A stretch of 64,000 nt of DNA from Promethearchaeota archaeon (lineage in GTDB: Archaea; Asgardarchaeota; Lokiarchaeia; Sigyniarchaeales; SOKP01). Location: assembly GCA_019058445.1 (NCBI GenBank), contig JAHPZA010000004.1, positions 256,001-320,000 on the forward strand, written 5' to 3'. The notes beneath the pieces were generated by a model, which worked only from the letters and a program-made list of their open reading frames with translations, had not been told where the DNA came from and made no database searches. Made by a program: the position numbers and the translations under genes. Shown here one piece after another: positions 62,859-64,000 of this stretch (the first letter of the stretch is position 1; the number at the start of each line of letters is the position of its first letter).

Positions 62859-64000
62859 TCATTTATAAGAATCAATTCCCGCTTTAGCACCCATAAACAA
62901 GAAATCTACCATAGTCCCATTATAGTCATTTTCGATTTTATAATAGAGACCGTTGGGCGTGAAAGTAATGCCATAGATAAACTTTCTCATTTCACTCTGG
63001 AATGGGGATTCTTCAACATATTTTTTTATGAGGGGATGAAAGTGCGTCGGAACTTGTTTTGAATCATGACATGCTATACCAAAACATAGGCGCTCAATTC
63101 TAGACGAATCCCAGCTAAAAGTATAATTAAGATGGGCAGCTTGACAACATCTTTCCATTATTTCTTCAGATGCAATCTCAAAACCTATGTCTTTCACGAG
63201 CGCTTTGCATTTCTCAGGTGTCGCTGTGGAAGGATCTCTTAGCATAAAATAGATATTTGTTGTCTCATGTAAAAAATCAAAGGCAAAAACAGCAAAAACA
63301 AATAATTTATGTTTTTTGAAGTATTCTTCATAGGTTTTCATGCTTTGTGGAATATATTTCATTGAAAAAATGGAATCAATAGGACCGGGGACGATAAACG
63401 GCCAGATCTTTGATAATCCATTCCTTGCATCCAAATCAACACCATAACCCAAAATATCAAACGTATCAAATACTTCTAATATCATTTTGTGAATAGCGTG
63501 CCCATTTTTTTCGATTAACCCTTCATTTATAGCAACTGTATATGGATCTGGATCATGGACTATCATCATTTCCACATATCTGACAGAGACATCCCTATTT
63601 TCAACTGGCTTAGTAGTAGTTCTAATTGATACTGGAGAACCTGAGAAAAATTTCTTATAGGCATTGAGTCCCTTCCAAATAGCATCTTCATTACATTTTA
63701 CTCCTGTAAGTACCCCAAGCTTTAAAATATCTTTTACCATTTGATTTAGATCATTATTACATTTAAAATCAGATTTGATTTTGGGTAAATATAGTTCATA
63801 TTCGACACCTAAAGCTAATAAATCTTCTATCATAGTTGGTTGAAAAGCGGGGGGTGTCACTTCAAACAAAGCGATTATAAGATCTATTTCTGCGACATTT
63901 TTCCCATTTCTTTCTATACATTTCTTTTCTGCGTTCTCAAAGAGCATAGGTTTTATGACAGGTCTTACCATTTCTGGAATTTTTAAAACTAAGTTATTAT
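62859..64000 (-). CDS. ABBA aromatic prenyltransferase (NphB/CloQ-like) with N-terminal PCP_red/DUF2621-like domain; 5' end beyond window
   Basis: YGVDLD..GLSKIW, FDF...TNIYF, YTFSWDS.RIERLCF, IYGITFTP..YYKIE.DY; frame open to base 64000. Confidence 0.82.
   Translation of the reverse strand, partial: NNLVLKIPEMVRPVIKPMLFENAEKKCIERNGKNVAEIDLIIALFEVTPPAFQPTMIEDLLALGVEYELYLPKIKSDFKCNNDLNQMVKDILKLGVLTGVKCNEDAIWKGLNAYKKFFSGSPVSIRTTTKPVENRDVSVRYVEMMIVHDPDPYTVAINEGLIEKNGHAIHKMILEVFDTFDILGYGVDLDARNGLSKIWPFIVPGPIDSIFSMKYIPQSMKTYEEYFKKHKLFVFAVFAFDFLHETTNIYFMLRDPSTATPEKCKALVKDIGFEIASEEIMERCCQAAHLNYTFSWDSSRIERLCFGIACHDSKQVPTHFHPLIKKYVEESPFQSEMRKFIYGITFTPNGLYYKIENDYNGTMVDFLFMGAKAGIDSYK

Overview
AT-rich archaeal chromosomal window, almost certainly Asgard (Lokiarchaeia-like). 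It carries a Loki-type profilin, six Rab-like small GTPases, V4R and longin-like proteins, a thermosome subunit, TBP, Cdc48, ArgRS, deoxyhypusine synthase and a PSTK-like kinase. I found no rRNA, tRNA, CRISPR array or transposase. Two candidate undescribed systems stand out. (1) 60920-64000: an operon of an NphB/CloQ-type ABBA aromatic prenyltransferase, an SCP2 lipid carrier and a U32 Fe-S protein; the two enzymes share a homologous ~70-aa accessory domain, and the set resembles UbiUVT-type O2-independent chemistry on a prenylated aromatic. (2) 33674-38203: a radical SAM/SPASM enzyme directly downstream of a membrane-anchored protein ending in SSGGCGGGCGGCGG (RiPP-like tail), with three small membrane proteins, a divergent RHH regulator and a perfect 9-bp inverted repeat. 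Also notable: Rab/thioredoxin/V4R/FYVE-like gene clusters, a corrinoid methyl-transfer cassette bracketed by a 165-bp degenerate direct repeat, apparent ATT start codons, and two small ORFs missing from the ORF track. All family assignments come from recognising motifs by eye; no database searches were run.
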